A DNA stretch of 64,000 nucleotides from Pseudomonadota bacterium (GCA_038521825.1 JBCBKL010000011.1:13716-77715); one strand, 5' to 3'; counted from the stretch's first letter, positions 18,875 to 28,079 are shown. Notes: generated by a model not told the origin, from the sequence alone. A program made the numbers and translations.

Positions 18875-19094
18875 GTCGGTTTTCCTTTGCTAGGGTAGGG
18901 GGCGCCATGCTGGTCGAGTGGCGGTCTGCGGGGCCTTTGGGGGCGACATGCAGAGCGGCATGGGGTTCATGGCAGATTTCATCGTCTGCGCAGGCGCAGA
19001 CAATCAGATTGGTTTTCATTTCATCCATCCGTGTCAGCGCATGGCGGGAGGCCGCCGCACTAGCCCGAATGGTGGGATCTTGGGGTAAACTCAT
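18867..19094 (-). CDS. Possible 75-aa Cys/His-containing small ORF, coupled to both neighbours
   Basis: Its ATG overlaps the TGA of the upstream 300-aa ORF (ATGA at 19091-19094). Its own TGA overlaps the fadJ-type ATG by 8 nt. Encodes ..MKTNLIVCACADDEICHEPH... GC3 is only about 60 % by my count versus about 76 % in a neighbouring real gene, so coding status is uncertain. Confidence 0.3.
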   Translation of the reverse strand: MSLPQDPTIRASAAASRHALTRMDEMKTNLIVCACADDEICHEPHAALHVAPKGPADRHSTSMAPPTLAKENRHD

Positions 19095-19993
19095 TGGGGA
19101 CCCCCGGATGTCTCTTGGGAGGAGCCGCTGTCTTCGGGTGTCAGTTCGACGGTTGGGCGGGGCCGCATGATCGACGTGGCCCGCCAAAGACCCTTTTCAT
19201 TGCGTAGCGTAACCGAGGAATCCCAAGGCGGAACGACATGTGAACCACCGCGGAAGGCATGGGTGCGGTAGACACCGATCATCTGATCGGCACCGACCAT
19301 CTCGGTTGAGATCGCCTCGCGCACGATCTGTGTGACCCACGCATCGGAATCCTTGCCCCAGAACGCCGCAAGCTCGGCCTGAACCGAGGCGGCATCGGTC
19401 AGGGTCTTGGCGCCGGTGTGGCCGATCAGGGTAAAGGGGAACGACAGGCAGGACTCAATTTTATGGTGATCCTTGGCCTCGATGGCGTCGGTGAACCGGT
19501 CCAGCACCGATTGAAACAGCGCCTTTCTCAACTCTCGCCCAGGCTCGGATGGAGCAGCCGGGGCAGTATCCAAGGTCTTGGGAACGAGGATTGGCCACTC
19601 GCTGTTCTCGATGGCATTCTGCGCTTCGGTGATCTGCCAGTCTTTGCCGCTTTTGTACATTGTCATGAGGGACGGGTAAGGCGGCACCATGTCTTCGTTT
19701 CCACGGCGGACATAGGTCGTGTGATTGCCGAGGATCGTCACGGGATCGATGAAGCGGCAATCGCCTGCAACGCGGTGGAAATTGTCCACGCCCAAGGCTG
19801 CAATGGAGTGTGCGAAGGTCAAGAACAGTTCTTTCAGTTCAGCTTCGGTTTGGAAGACTTGCGACGATCTTGAGGTGACCATCCGATACGGAAGGGCCAC
19901 GTGACGGCGCAAAAGATCGTAATCGGCCGTGCTTATGGCCGCGTCGACGCGGTCAAGCACATGCTGATATGTCTCTTGTGCCGTCTGGGTCAT
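19091..19993 (-). CDS. Hypothetical protein made of two homologous ~130-aa halves
   Basis: 300 aa. ATG lies 6 nt after the thiolase stop. Internal duplication at a constant 151-residue offset (VLDR 12/163, LPY/FPF 34/185, VPP 103/254, W119/W270). No family recognised. Confidence 0.7.
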   Translation of the reverse strand: MTQTAQETYQHVLDRVDAAISTADYDLLRRHVALPYRMVTSRSSQVFQTEAELKELFLTFAHSIAALGVDNFHRVAGDCRFIDPVTILGNHTTYVRRGNEDMVPPYPSLMTMYKSGKDWQITEAQNAIENSEWPILVPKTLDTAPAAPSEPGRELRKALFQSVLDRFTDAIEAKDHHKIESCLSFPFTLIGHTGAKTLTDAASVQAELAAFWGKDSDAWVTQIVREAISTEMVGADQMIGVYRTHAFRGGSHVVPPWDSSVTLRNEKGLWRATSIMRPRPTVELTPEDSGSSQETSGGPQ

Positions 19994-19999
19994 CAGGGT

Positions 20000-21211
20000 C
20001 TAAACCCGTTCGATGATCGTGGCCGCTCCCATGCCCGATGCGATGCAAAGCGTGGCCAGCCCCGTTTCCTTGTCCGAACGCTCCATTTCGTCGAGAAGGG
20101 TACCGATGATCATTGCACCGGTGGCGCCCAGCGGGTGACCCATGGCGATGGAGCCGCCGTTCACGTTGACCTTTTCGTGGTCGACATCAAAGGCCTGCAT
20201 GAAACGCAACACGACCGATGCAAATGCCTCGTTCACTTCGAAGAGGTCGATGTCACCGATCTCCATGCCATGATCCTTGAGGATCTTTTCCGTCACCGGA
20301 ACCGGCCCGGTCAGCATGATTGTCGGGTCGGTGCCGATCTTGGCCGTGGCCCTGATGCGGGCCCGCGGCTTCAGACCATATTTCTCACCGAATTCCTTGT
20401 TGCCGATCAGGACCGCCGCTGAGCCATCAACGATGCCGGACGAGTTGCCGGCGTGGTGGATGTGATTGATCCGCTCCAGTTCCGGGTACTTCATGATGGC
20501 CACCTTGTCGAAGCCCGGCATGACCTCGCCCATGGCCTGGAAGGACGGGTTGAGCGATCCGAGAGATTGCATGTCGGTGCCCGGGCGCATGTATTCGTCA
20601 TGGTCGAGGATGGTCAGGCCGTTCTGATCCTTGATGGTGATAACCGATCCATTGAAGCGGTCTTCGTCCCACGCCATTTTCGCGCGCCGTTGTGATTCAA
20701 CGGCCAGTGCGTCGGCGTCGTCGCGGCTGAAGCCGTATTTTGTGGCGATGATGTCGGCGCTGATGCCCTGAGGCACGAAATAGGTGTCGAGCGCGATGCT
20801 CGGATCGGCGGCGATGGCAGCACCATCGCTGCCCATGGCCACGCGGCCCATCATCTCGACGCCACCTGCGATATAGGCATCGCCCGCGCCGCCCCTGACC
20901 TGGTTGGCGGCCAGGTTGACGGCCTCCATGCCTGAGGCACAGAAACGGTTGATGGCAAGGCCTGGGATCTTTTCGTCGAGATCGGAGGCCAGAACCGCCG
21001 AGCGCGCAAGGCAGCCGCCCTGTTCCATTACCTGTGTGACGTTGCCCCAGATCACATCCTCGACCGCGTGCCCGTCGAGGTTGTTGCGATCCTTGATCGC
21101 GTTCAGCGTCTGGGCGCTCAGGCGCAGCGCGGTTACTTCGTGCAGAGCGCCGTCCTTGCGGCCCTTGCCGCGGGGAGTGCGCAGCGCGTCGTAGATATAG
21201 GCTTCGGTCAT
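20000..21211 (-). CDS. Acetyl-CoA C-acyltransferase (3-ketoacyl-CoA thiolase)
   Basis: Track ORF is 20000-21271. ATG 21211 gives MTEAYIYDALRTPRGKG. Active-site regions NRFCASGMEA and NVNGGSIAMGHPLGATG. Confidence 0.9.
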   Translation of the reverse strand: MTEAYIYDALRTPRGKGRKDGALHEVTALRLSAQTLNAIKDRNNLDGHAVEDVIWGNVTQVMEQGGCLARSAVLASDLDEKIPGLAINRFCASGMEAVNLAANQVRGGAGDAYIAGGVEMMGRVAMGSDGAAIAADPSIALDTYFVPQGISADIIATKYGFSRDDADALAVESQRRAKMAWDEDRFNGSVITIKDQNGLTILDHDEYMRPGTDMQSLGSLNPSFQAMGEVMPGFDKVAIMKYPELERINHIHHAGNSSGIVDGSAAVLIGNKEFGEKYGLKPRARIRATAKIGTDPTIMLTGPVPVTEKILKDHGMEIGDIDLFEVNEAFASVVLRFMQAFDVDHEKVNVNGGSIAMGHPLGATGAMIIGTLLDEMERSDKETGLATLCIASGMGAATIIERV

Positions 21212-21249
21212 TGGGTGATCCTCTCGACGTGTCTTTGATGTTACGTGGG

Positions 21250-21281
21250 GCGGCACACTGTTGCGGTGCAAGATGTGCCGC
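21250..21281 (-). terminator. Stem-loop downstream of the GST gene
   Basis: GCGGCACA (21250-21257) pairs with TGTGCCGC (21274-21281), an 8-bp stem with a 16-nt loop. No clear U-tract. Confidence 0.35.
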
Positions 21282-21289
21282 TGCGTCTT

Positions 21290-21922
21290 TTACGTTTGGT
21301 CAGGCAGGGCCTTCGGCATCAGGTCGTATGGATGCTTCCAGCCGGGTGTTTCGGACAGGCGGCTGAGCCATGCGTCGATATTGGGCCACTCGGCCCGGTC
21401 AAAACCGAAGGGTTCGGGGTAGTAGAGATAGCCGCAGCAACTCAGATCGGCGTTGGTTATGTCGTTGCCGACGATCCAGTCGCGACCCGCCAGGTGGGTG
21501 TTGAGAACGGCGTATGCGGCCTTTAGACGGCCTTGGTTGAATGCAATGACTTCTTGCGGGCGTTTGTCCTTTGGCAGGAAATTCATCAAAAAGCGCGTGA
21601 CGCCTGCCATTGAGCTGAGCTTGTGGTTGTCGAAGAGGACCCAGCGAAGCACTTCGTACTTGTCCGCATCCTTGCCCGCGAATTTGCCCGTCTTGTCCGA
21701 AATGTACTGCTGAATAACGCCGGACTGGCTCAGAAGCATGTCGCCATCAACGAGCAGCGGCGCCTCGCCCATTGAATTGAGTGCGCGATACTCGTCTGTC
21801 CGGGCTGCGCCGTTGAAGAAATCGATATAAACCGGCTCCCAATCAAGGCCGCTCATTTCCAGCGCAAGCGCCGCCTTGTAAGAGTTTCCGCTTTCGCCGA
21901 AGCAATGCAATTGCAAGGTCAT
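21290..21922 (-). CDS. Glutathione S-transferase
   Basis: 210 aa, MTLQLHCFGESGNSYKAALALEMSGLDWEPVYIDFF.., GST N- and C-domain pattern. Confidence 0.85.
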   Translation of the reverse strand: MTLQLHCFGESGNSYKAALALEMSGLDWEPVYIDFFNGAARTDEYRALNSMGEAPLLVDGDMLLSQSGVIQQYISDKTGKFAGKDADKYEVLRWVLFDNHKLSSMAGVTRFLMNFLPKDKRPQEVIAFNQGRLKAAYAVLNTHLAGRDWIVGNDITNADLSCCGYLYYPEPFGFDRAEWPNIDAWLSRLSETPGWKHPYDLMPKALPDQT

Positions 21923-21965
21923 GGTCTGTCGGCTCCCCCCGGGGCGCTTGCGGATATGTCATGAG

Positions 21966-22193
21966 TGGGGGCCAGCCCCCACACCCCCGGCGTTTTTGAA
22001 ACGAGAAGAAGTGGATGGTCTTCTCGCCGGAAACCGTGTGTTAACCTTGATGGTGTCTGAACAGGGGTGCGGTACAGGCTGGCGAGCCGATGACCGCACG
22101 AGGAGAAGCCCCGCCGCCCGCCTGCGTTCCGTCTGACGGTCGGGCCGGCGCGCGGGGTGGATCTCCTGTAGGTGTCCGCCCCTTCTTCTCGTG
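21966..22193. repeat. Structured intergenic region carrying four copies of a CGAGAAGAAG-type arm (two per orientation)
   Basis: Arm 1 CGAGAAGA (22002-22009) pairs with arm 2 TCTTCTCG (22019-22026). Arm 3 CACGAGGAGAAG (22097-22108) pairs with arm 4 CTTCTTCTCGTG (22182-22193; 12 bp with one G-U). There is also a TGGGGG/CCCCCA hairpin at 21966-21981. Confidence 0.45.
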
Positions 22194-22244
22194 ACAAATA
22201 CGCACCCCAGGATGGTGCGCCACTGGAGCAGACGTCAGACAATC

Positions 22245-23402
22245 TCACAGCGCCCTCGCAATCAGTTCTTTCATGATCTCGTTCGTGCCGCCATAAATCC
22301 GCTGCACCCGCGCATCGGCCCACATTTCACCAACGGCATATTCCTGCATGAAACCATAACCGCCGTGCAGTTGCAGGCATTCGTCCAGCACTTGGCCTTG
22401 TGTATCTGTGGTCCAGTACTTCGCCATGGCGGCCTTATCGACGCTCAGCGCCCCGTGCAGGTGCTCGGCCATACATTCATCAAAGAACGTGCGGCTCACG
22501 GCCGCCTTGGTCTTGCATTCCGCCAGCTTGAAACGTGTGTTCTGAAACTGGGTTAGGGGGCCGCCGAAGGCCTCGCGCTCCTTGCAATAGGCGATGGTTC
22601 TCTCCAGCGCCCCTTCCATCGCGCCGATCGCACCACAGGCGATGGCGAGCCGTTCCTGCGGCAGTTGCTCCATCATCTGATAGAAGCCGCGCCCTTCCTC
22701 ACCGCCGAGGACATTTTCGGGCGGGACTTCCACGTTGTCGAAGAACAGCTCTGATGTGTCTGCGGCGTGAAGGCCGATCTTTTCGAGATTGCGGCCGCGG
22801 GCAAAGCCGTCGGCGCCATCCGTTTCGACCACCATCAGCGACACACCCTTGGCGCCCTCGTTCAGATCCGTCTTGGCGGCCACGATGATCAGGTTAGCGT
22901 GCTGGCCATTCGAGATGAACGTCTTTTGCCCCGACAGGCGATAGGCGTTGCCATCCCGGATCGCTCTGGTTTTAATTGCTTGCACGTCCGACCCGGTGGA
23001 GGGTTCGGTCATCGCCAAAGCACCGACCAACTCACCCGTTACCAGCTTTGGCAGCCAGCGTTTCTTTTGATCTTCGCTGCCATAAGCAAGGATGTAATGC
23101 GCCACGATGGGCCCATGGATGGCCGTGCCCCAGCTTGCGAGATTGGCCCGCGACGCTTCGATCAGGATCGCGGCCTCATGCCCGAAATCCCCGCCCGGCC
23201 CGCCGTATTCCTCTGGGATTGAGGGGCAGAGCAGGCCAAGTTCGCCGGCCTGCTGCCAGATCTCGGGATCCATCTGGCCCTGTTTGCGCCAGCGGTCGAA
23301 ATGCGGTGCCCATTCGTTTGTAATGAACTGCGCCGTCATCTCGGCGATCATTCGGTGTTCGTCGGTCATCCATCGGGACGACTGTTCTGGCAAGTCTTTC
23401 AT
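22245..23402 (-). CDS. Acyl-CoA dehydrogenase
   Basis: 385 aa. ACAD N/M/C-domain pattern. C-terminal [23 protein letters not shown] Shine-Dalgarno. Confidence 0.9.
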   Translation of the reverse strand: MKDLPEQSSRWMTDEHRMIAEMTAQFITNEWAPHFDRWRKQGQMDPEIWQQAGELGLLCPSIPEEYGGPGGDFGHEAAILIEASRANLASWGTAIHGPIVAHYILAYGSEDQKKRWLPKLVTGELVGALAMTEPSTGSDVQAIKTRAIRDGNAYRLSGQKTFISNGQHANLIIVAAKTDLNEGAKGVSLMVVETDGADGFARGRNLEKIGLHAADTSELFFDNVEVPPENVLGGEEGRGFYQMMEQLPQERLAIACGAIGAMEGALERTIAYCKEREAFGGPLTQFQNTRFKLAECKTKAAVSRTFFDECMAEHLHGALSVDKAAMAKYWTTDTQGQVLDECLQLHGGYGFMQEYAVGEMWADARVQRIYGGTNEIMKELIARAL

Positions 23403-23422
23403 GGTCTCCTCCCCGGGCAGAC

Positions 23423-23635
23423 CTAGCGTTTGCGCGCCTCAAGCTCGGAATTGAAGATCCGCATCCGGTGCGTGAGGTTTTCTTCGTCGATGACGCTGTT
23501 GAAATTTTCGAAGATGAACGAAAGCGCCTCGCCTTCGTCGAGTCCCGCCTCGGTGGCAAAGGCCCGCAACCGCCGGTAGCCGTCTTCGGTCATGGCGACC
23601 GGAAAACGGCGGGTCAGGCGAAAACGTTTCGGCAT
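23423..23635 (-). CDS. Small hypothetical protein, ribbon-helix-helix-like
   Basis: 70 aa. Strong SD GGGAGGAG 5 nt upstream. GC3 about 76 % by my count. [23 protein letters not shown] resembles an RHH beta-strand plus helix. Confidence 0.55.
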   Translation of the reverse strand: MPKRFRLTRRFPVAMTEDGYRRLRAFATEAGLDEGEALSFIFENFNSVIDEENLTHRMRIFNSELEARKR

Positions 23636-23648
23636 CTGGCTCCTCCCC

Positions 23649-23682
23649 GAAAAGAAACAAGGCGGGCGTTCTGCCCGCCTTG
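23649..23682 (-). terminator. Intrinsic terminator-like hairpin between the long ACAD gene and the 70-aa ORF
   Basis: On the minus strand CAAGGCGGGC-agaac-GCCCGCCTTG (10-bp stem) is followed by TTTCTTTTC. It starts 9 nt after the ACAD stop. Confidence 0.6.
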
Positions 23683-23690
23683 CCAGTGCT

Positions 23691-25472
23691 TTAGAAATTC
23701 GCCACTTCGAGCGCCATCACGGGTTCGGCCCCGCTTTCGATCCGCTTGAGATGCAGCGCCGTCGCGGGCAGTTGGCGCGCCATGTAGTAGCGGCCCGTCG
23801 CCAGCTTGGTGTTGTAGAATTCGGTGTCCGACGCACCGCCGGCCAGCGCGTCCATCGCCGCCTTGCCCATGCGGGCCCACATCAGGCCGAGGCAGACATG
23901 GCCAAACATGTGCATGAAGTCATAGCTGCCGCTCAGCGCGTTGTTGGGGTTGGCCATGCCGTTCTGCATGAAGTACATGCCAGCCGCCTGCAAATCCTTC
24001 GATGCTGATTTCAGAGGTTCGATGAATTCACGATCGAACGCTTCGTCTTGGCCACCGTTTTCTTTGCAGAAGGTCTTCACCATCTCGAAGAACGCCATGA
24101 CGTGCTTGCCGCCGTCCTGCGCCAGTTTCCGGCCCACGAGGTCGAGCGCCTGAACGCCGTTTGCGCCTTCGTAGATCATCGCGATACGGGCGTCGCGGGT
24201 GTATTGCGACATGCCCCATTCCTCGATGTAGCCGTGGCCGCCATAGACCTGCTGGGCCTTGATGGTCATGTCATAGCCCTGATCGGTCAGAAAGCCCTTG
24301 ATGACAGGGGTCAGCAGCGAAATGATCCCGTCCGCGTCCTTGTCTTTGGCTCGGTGCGCCGCATCGATCATCGTGGCACCCCAGAGGATAAAGGCGCGCG
24401 CGCCTTCGGCGAACGACTTCTGATCCATCAGGCTGCGGCGGATGTCGGGGTGCACGATCAGCGGATCGGCGGGGCCATCGGGGTTTTTTGTGCCGGTCAC
24501 GTCCCGGCCCTGCAGCCGGTCCTTGGCGTATTCGAGTGCGTTCTGATAGGCGACGTCGGCCTGAGCCAGGCCCTGCATGCCGACACCCAGACGCGCTTCG
24601 TTCATCATGGTGAACATGGCGCGCATGCCCTTGTGCTCTTCGCCCAAGAGATATCCCTCGGCCTCGTCGTAGTTCATGACGCAGGTCGAGTTGCCGTGGA
24701 TGCCCATCTTTTCTTCGATCTTGCCGCACGACACGCCGTTGCGCGCGCCCATGTTGCCGTCGTCGTCAACGAGTATTTTGGGAACAATGAAGAGCGAGAC
24801 GCCCTTGATGCCTTCGGGACCGCCCGGGATCTTCGCCAGAACCAAGTGGACGATGTTGTCGACCATATCGTGTTCACCGGACGAAATGAAGATCTTTTGC
24901 CCGGTGATCTTGTAGCTGCCGTCGCCCTGCGGTTCTGCCTTGGTACGCATCAGGCCCAGATCGGTGCCGCAATGCGGTTCCGTCAGGTTCATCGTGCCGG
25001 TCCATTCGCACGACACCATCTTGGGCAGCCACTTGTCTTTCTGCGCATCCGTACCGTGGGCCAGGATTGCCGAGGCAGCACCGTGGGTCAGGCCCTGATA
25101 CATGGTAAAGGCCTGGTTGGCGGCACTGAACATTTCGCCAACGGCCGTGCCCATGACATAGGGCATGCCCTGACCGCCATATTCTTCGGGCATGTCGAGG
25201 CCGGTCCAGCCGCCTTCTTTCACCTGCTCGAAGGCATCTTTAAAGCCCGTCGGCGTATAGACCACTCCGTTTTCCAGCCGGCAGCCTTCTGTGTCGCCGA
25301 CGACGTTCAGCGGCGCCAGAACCTCGGCGCTGATCTTGCCCGCTTCTTCCAGAATCGCGCTGGTGAAGTCGCTTTCGAGTTCGTCATAGCCGGGGATGTT
25401 CGATGACGTAATTTTCAGAACGTCATGCAGCAAAAATTGCATGTCTTTGGTCGGCGCGGTGTAGCTTGGCAT
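23691..25472 (-). CDS. Long acyl-CoA dehydrogenase with N- and C-terminal extension domains (FadE/DmdC-like)
   Basis: 593 aa. [19 protein letters not shown].. N-terminal domain, ACAD core, C-terminal extension. Confidence 0.9.
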   Translation of the reverse strand: MPSYTAPTKDMQFLLHDVLKITSSNIPGYDELESDFTSAILEEAGKISAEVLAPLNVVGDTEGCRLENGVVYTPTGFKDAFEQVKEGGWTGLDMPEEYGGQGMPYVMGTAVGEMFSAANQAFTMYQGLTHGAASAILAHGTDAQKDKWLPKMVSCEWTGTMNLTEPHCGTDLGLMRTKAEPQGDGSYKITGQKIFISSGEHDMVDNIVHLVLAKIPGGPEGIKGVSLFIVPKILVDDDGNMGARNGVSCGKIEEKMGIHGNSTCVMNYDEAEGYLLGEEHKGMRAMFTMMNEARLGVGMQGLAQADVAYQNALEYAKDRLQGRDVTGTKNPDGPADPLIVHPDIRRSLMDQKSFAEGARAFILWGATMIDAAHRAKDKDADGIISLLTPVIKGFLTDQGYDMTIKAQQVYGGHGYIEEWGMSQYTRDARIAMIYEGANGVQALDLVGRKLAQDGGKHVMAFFEMVKTFCKENGGQDEAFDREFIEPLKSASKDLQAAGMYFMQNGMANPNNALSGSYDFMHMFGHVCLGLMWARMGKAAMDALAGGASDTEFYNTKLATGRYYMARQLPATALHLKRIESGAEPVMALEVANF

Positions 25473-25499
25473 TGCGGTTCTCCCAAAAATGTTGCCGGA

Positions 25500-25904
25500 T
25501 TACTCGGCGGCTTTCTTCGTCGCAGTCATGGAAGCAAGCATGTTCTTGCCCCATGCGAGTTGGTCCTTGAGTTCGTCGATCGCGACATTCAGCTCGTCGC
25601 GTTGGCGCTCCATGTCGGCCAGCCGCTCTTGTGCGATCTCGTAGGTGCGCGTGTATTGCGTCAGCTGCTGGTCACCAACGTTATAGAGATCGAGCAGCTG
25701 ACGGATTTCCTCGAGGCTGAACCCAAAACGCTTTCCACGCAGGATCAGCTTGAGACGCCCGCGATCACGACGGGTGAACAGGCGCTTCTGGCCTTCACGG
25801 ATAGGGAACAGCAGTTCCTTCGCTTCGTAAAACCGCAGCGTACGAGGCGTTACATCAAACGCCTCACACATCTCGCGAATTGTCATAGTTTCTTCTTGGT
25901 TCAT
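25500..25904 (-). CDS. MerR family transcriptional regulator
   Basis: MTIREMCEAFDVTPRTLRFYEAKELL is a MerR HTH, followed by a coiled-coil dimerisation helix. First gene of the ACAD operon. Confidence 0.9.
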   Translation of the reverse strand: MNQEETMTIREMCEAFDVTPRTLRFYEAKELLFPIREGQKRLFTRRDRGRLKLILRGKRFGFSLEEIRQLLDLYNVGDQQLTQYTRTYEIAQERLADMERQRDELNVAIDELKDQLAWGKNMLASMTATKKAAE

Positions 25905-25971
25905 TTGTCACACGCAAAACGATTGATTGCCCGAACACCTGGGCGGTTTCGACTTCCGATACTACGCAAGC

Positions 25972-26001
25972 TGACGTTTACGTAACCAATACGTCACGTC
26001 A
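25972..26001. promoter_or_regulatory. ACGT-rich dyad region TGACGTTTACGTAACCAATACGTCACGTCA; candidate MerR-type operator
   Basis: Outer arms TGACGT/ACGTCA, an internal TTACGTAA palindrome, and four ACGT cores. Lies 68-97 nt upstream of the MerR ATG. Confidence 0.35.
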
Positions 26002-26196
26002 CTTCTGCGCCACCGCAATTACGGACCGAAAGTCCTGTGGGATTGGGCAGGCTTTCTGTCCAATTCAAGCGTAACACGTTCCCGGTAATTTCGCATCTTC
26101 GAAGAACACTGCAGCAACGAAGGCGCCAGGTTCCCCGCCCTTGCGGCTTGCCAGCCGGTGCCCCTGTCCTTAGCGTCTGGTCCAGCCGTTGCTAAA

Positions 26197-28071
26197 GTGG
26201 GGGGCGAGGCATTGCGTAATCTGTTGTTCATATTGGTCGTTTCGTTTTTGCCGGTCGGGGCATACGGACAATCCAGCCTTCTTTGCACCCCAACAGGCCC
26301 CCGCCTGACCGCCGAGCGGATGCAGCAGGTTCTTGTGGGCAAGACGATCACCGGCGTAACCAGACGCGGTGGTGGCTGGACCCTCAATATCGATCCAGGT
26401 CTTACTGCGGGAAGCTCCGAGTTCCGCAACGACCGTGGTCAGACATTCGACGGCGCATGGAAGATTGACCGGAGCCGCCTGTGCCAGAGCTATAACGACG
26501 GCAGCTCGTGGATCTGCCACGAGATCCGGGCCTGCGGTGATGACCGCGCGGCGGCGGTCATGATCAATGCGCAAGGGGTCCAGTCGTCCCTGCTGACCCG
26601 CGTTCAGGACCGATGGCCTCGACAGGCCAAGGGTCGCTTGTGCGCCCGTCCGGGCGGGCCGCTGCAGACGGATCAACTGGACCGCCTGCTGCCCAACAGT
26701 CGGCTGCGTATGCGCAGTGCGGATGGCACGGCGGCGACATTGTTGCTTGGACAGAACGGTTTTGGTGAATTCGTCGATCCAAGTGGGCGGCGCGGTGATG
26801 TGGATTGGCGGATCGAGGGCAGCAACCTGTGTGTTGCCACATGGCGCGGGAACGAGACCTGCGAGAAAGTCGTGCGGTGTGCGTCGGACGAGGGCCGCTT
26901 TGTCACGATCGACCGCGCGGGTCGCCAGACGACGCTCGTGACCGAGGTTCTGGCCCCCGATGGTCGGGACCGGGTTATCGGGCCGGTCGAGCCGCCGGCG
27001 CTGACCGTCGACCTGACCGGTGTGGGGCCTGCTGTCTATGCCGCGCTCATGCGCAGTCAAGGTGCGTCGGCGGAACGCGTTCGTTTGCGGCCACGTGGCA
27101 CGGACAAGGTCAAGCAGGATATCATCGCGCGCCGGGCCGAGCGCCGGATCGGACAGCTTGTTCGCGAGTTCTCGGATCGGTCGGTTGTCGTGAAGTCGCC
27201 CCGCATGCCGATATCGATCAAGGGCTATCAGGATCGTGAGCGGCGGGCGGGCATGTGTCTTCCGGGCGCCATCTGGATCAAGGCGCTGCAACAGCCCGGG
27301 GTCGAGGCGCGGGAACGCCATCAGGTGTTTGGCTTTACGCTTGCGAACAACGCGGTCGCGCAAGAGCGCGGCGGCGACGGCAACAAGATCCAGCAGCGCT
27401 GCCCCGGTCGCAAGACAGCAGCCGATCCCAATGGCGGTGCCATGCAGCCGTGGGTCGGCGATGCGCCGTTCAAAACGACCTACCCTTTCTATGCCTATCT
27501 TCGGGCCGATCGCGACGTGCAAGAGCGCCTGATACAGGCCGAAAAGGCCGGTGAACTTAGCGTGCAATACACCTGCCGTCTGGCCCCCAGCCGTGCCGAA
27601 CGCAAATGGCAGCTGCGCAGCAAGCGCGAAGACCTGGAAGACACGCCGCGCTTTGGGGTCAACTGTATTATAGATCAGATCGATCTCTTTGGTGGCCTGC
27701 CTGCTGAGGGTCGCGAGCAGCGCGTGACCTATCGCTTTGAAGGGACCGATCAGGTCTCGGCCACGTCGCAGTTGTTACCCTGGTCTCCGGGTTCCGAGCG
27801 ACCGGTTCGCGTGACGGTTCCTACCGGGCCGACCCGCGATCGGATCCGGTTGGAGTTCGCCTATGCCGATGCGGTGTGCAAGGCCGAGGATCGGCGGCCG
27901 CTTGAGGATCGGCGGGCCTTTTGTTTCATGACGTCAGGGGATCAGAGGCTGAAAGACGTACTCGCGCCGCTGAATTTGCAGGTGGGCAGGGACATCAACC
28001 GCCTGTCGCCGGATCTGCCGCCCGATGCGGTTGTCCCGGCGGGCACCCGCGTGATCTTTCGCGAGCGTTAG
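26197..28071 (+). CDS. Secreted hypothetical protein with two Cys-containing ~105-aa repeats and a LysM-like C-terminus
   Basis: Track ORF is 26158-28071. GTG 26197 gives the signal-like MGGEALRNLLFILVVSFLPVGAYG. Codon usage looks native. The start is uncertain. Confidence 0.6.
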   Translation: MGGEALRNLLFILVVSFLPVGAYGQSSLLCTPTGPRLTAERMQQVLVGKTITGVTRRGGGWTLNIDPGLTAGSSEFRNDRGQTFDGAWKIDRSRLCQSYNDGSSWICHEIRACGDDRAAAVMINAQGVQSSLLTRVQDRWPRQAKGRLCARPGGPLQTDQLDRLLPNSRLRMRSADGTAATLLLGQNGFGEFVDPSGRRGDVDWRIEGSNLCVATWRGNETCEKVVRCASDEGRFVTIDRAGRQTTLVTEVLAPDGRDRVIGPVEPPALTVDLTGVGPAVYAALMRSQGASAERVRLRPRGTDKVKQDIIARRAERRIGQLVREFSDRSVVVKSPRMPISIKGYQDRERRAGMCLPGAIWIKALQQPGVEARERHQVFGFTLANNAVAQERGGDGNKIQQRCPGRKTAADPNGGAMQPWVGDAPFKTTYPFYAYLRADRDVQERLIQAEKAGELSVQYTCRLAPSRAERKWQLRSKREDLEDTPRFGVNCIIDQIDLFGGLPAEGREQRVTYRFEGTDQVSATSQLLPWSPGSERPVRVTVPTGPTRDRIRLEFAYADAVCKAEDRRPLEDRRAFCFMTSGDQRLKDVLAPLNLQVGRDINRLSPDLPPDAVVPAGTRVIFRER

Positions 28072-28079
28072 GGGCCCGG

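Noticed and set aside
24048-25406. 452-aa plus-strand ORF
   Set aside because: Antisense to the long acyl-CoA dehydrogenase, which has clear family motifs. Low-complexity Arg/His/Gly-rich sequence.
26170-27567. 465-aa ORF on the minus strand
   Set aside because: Arg-rich with no motifs, and antisense to the plus-strand ORF, which has native codon usage, a signal peptide and internal repeats.
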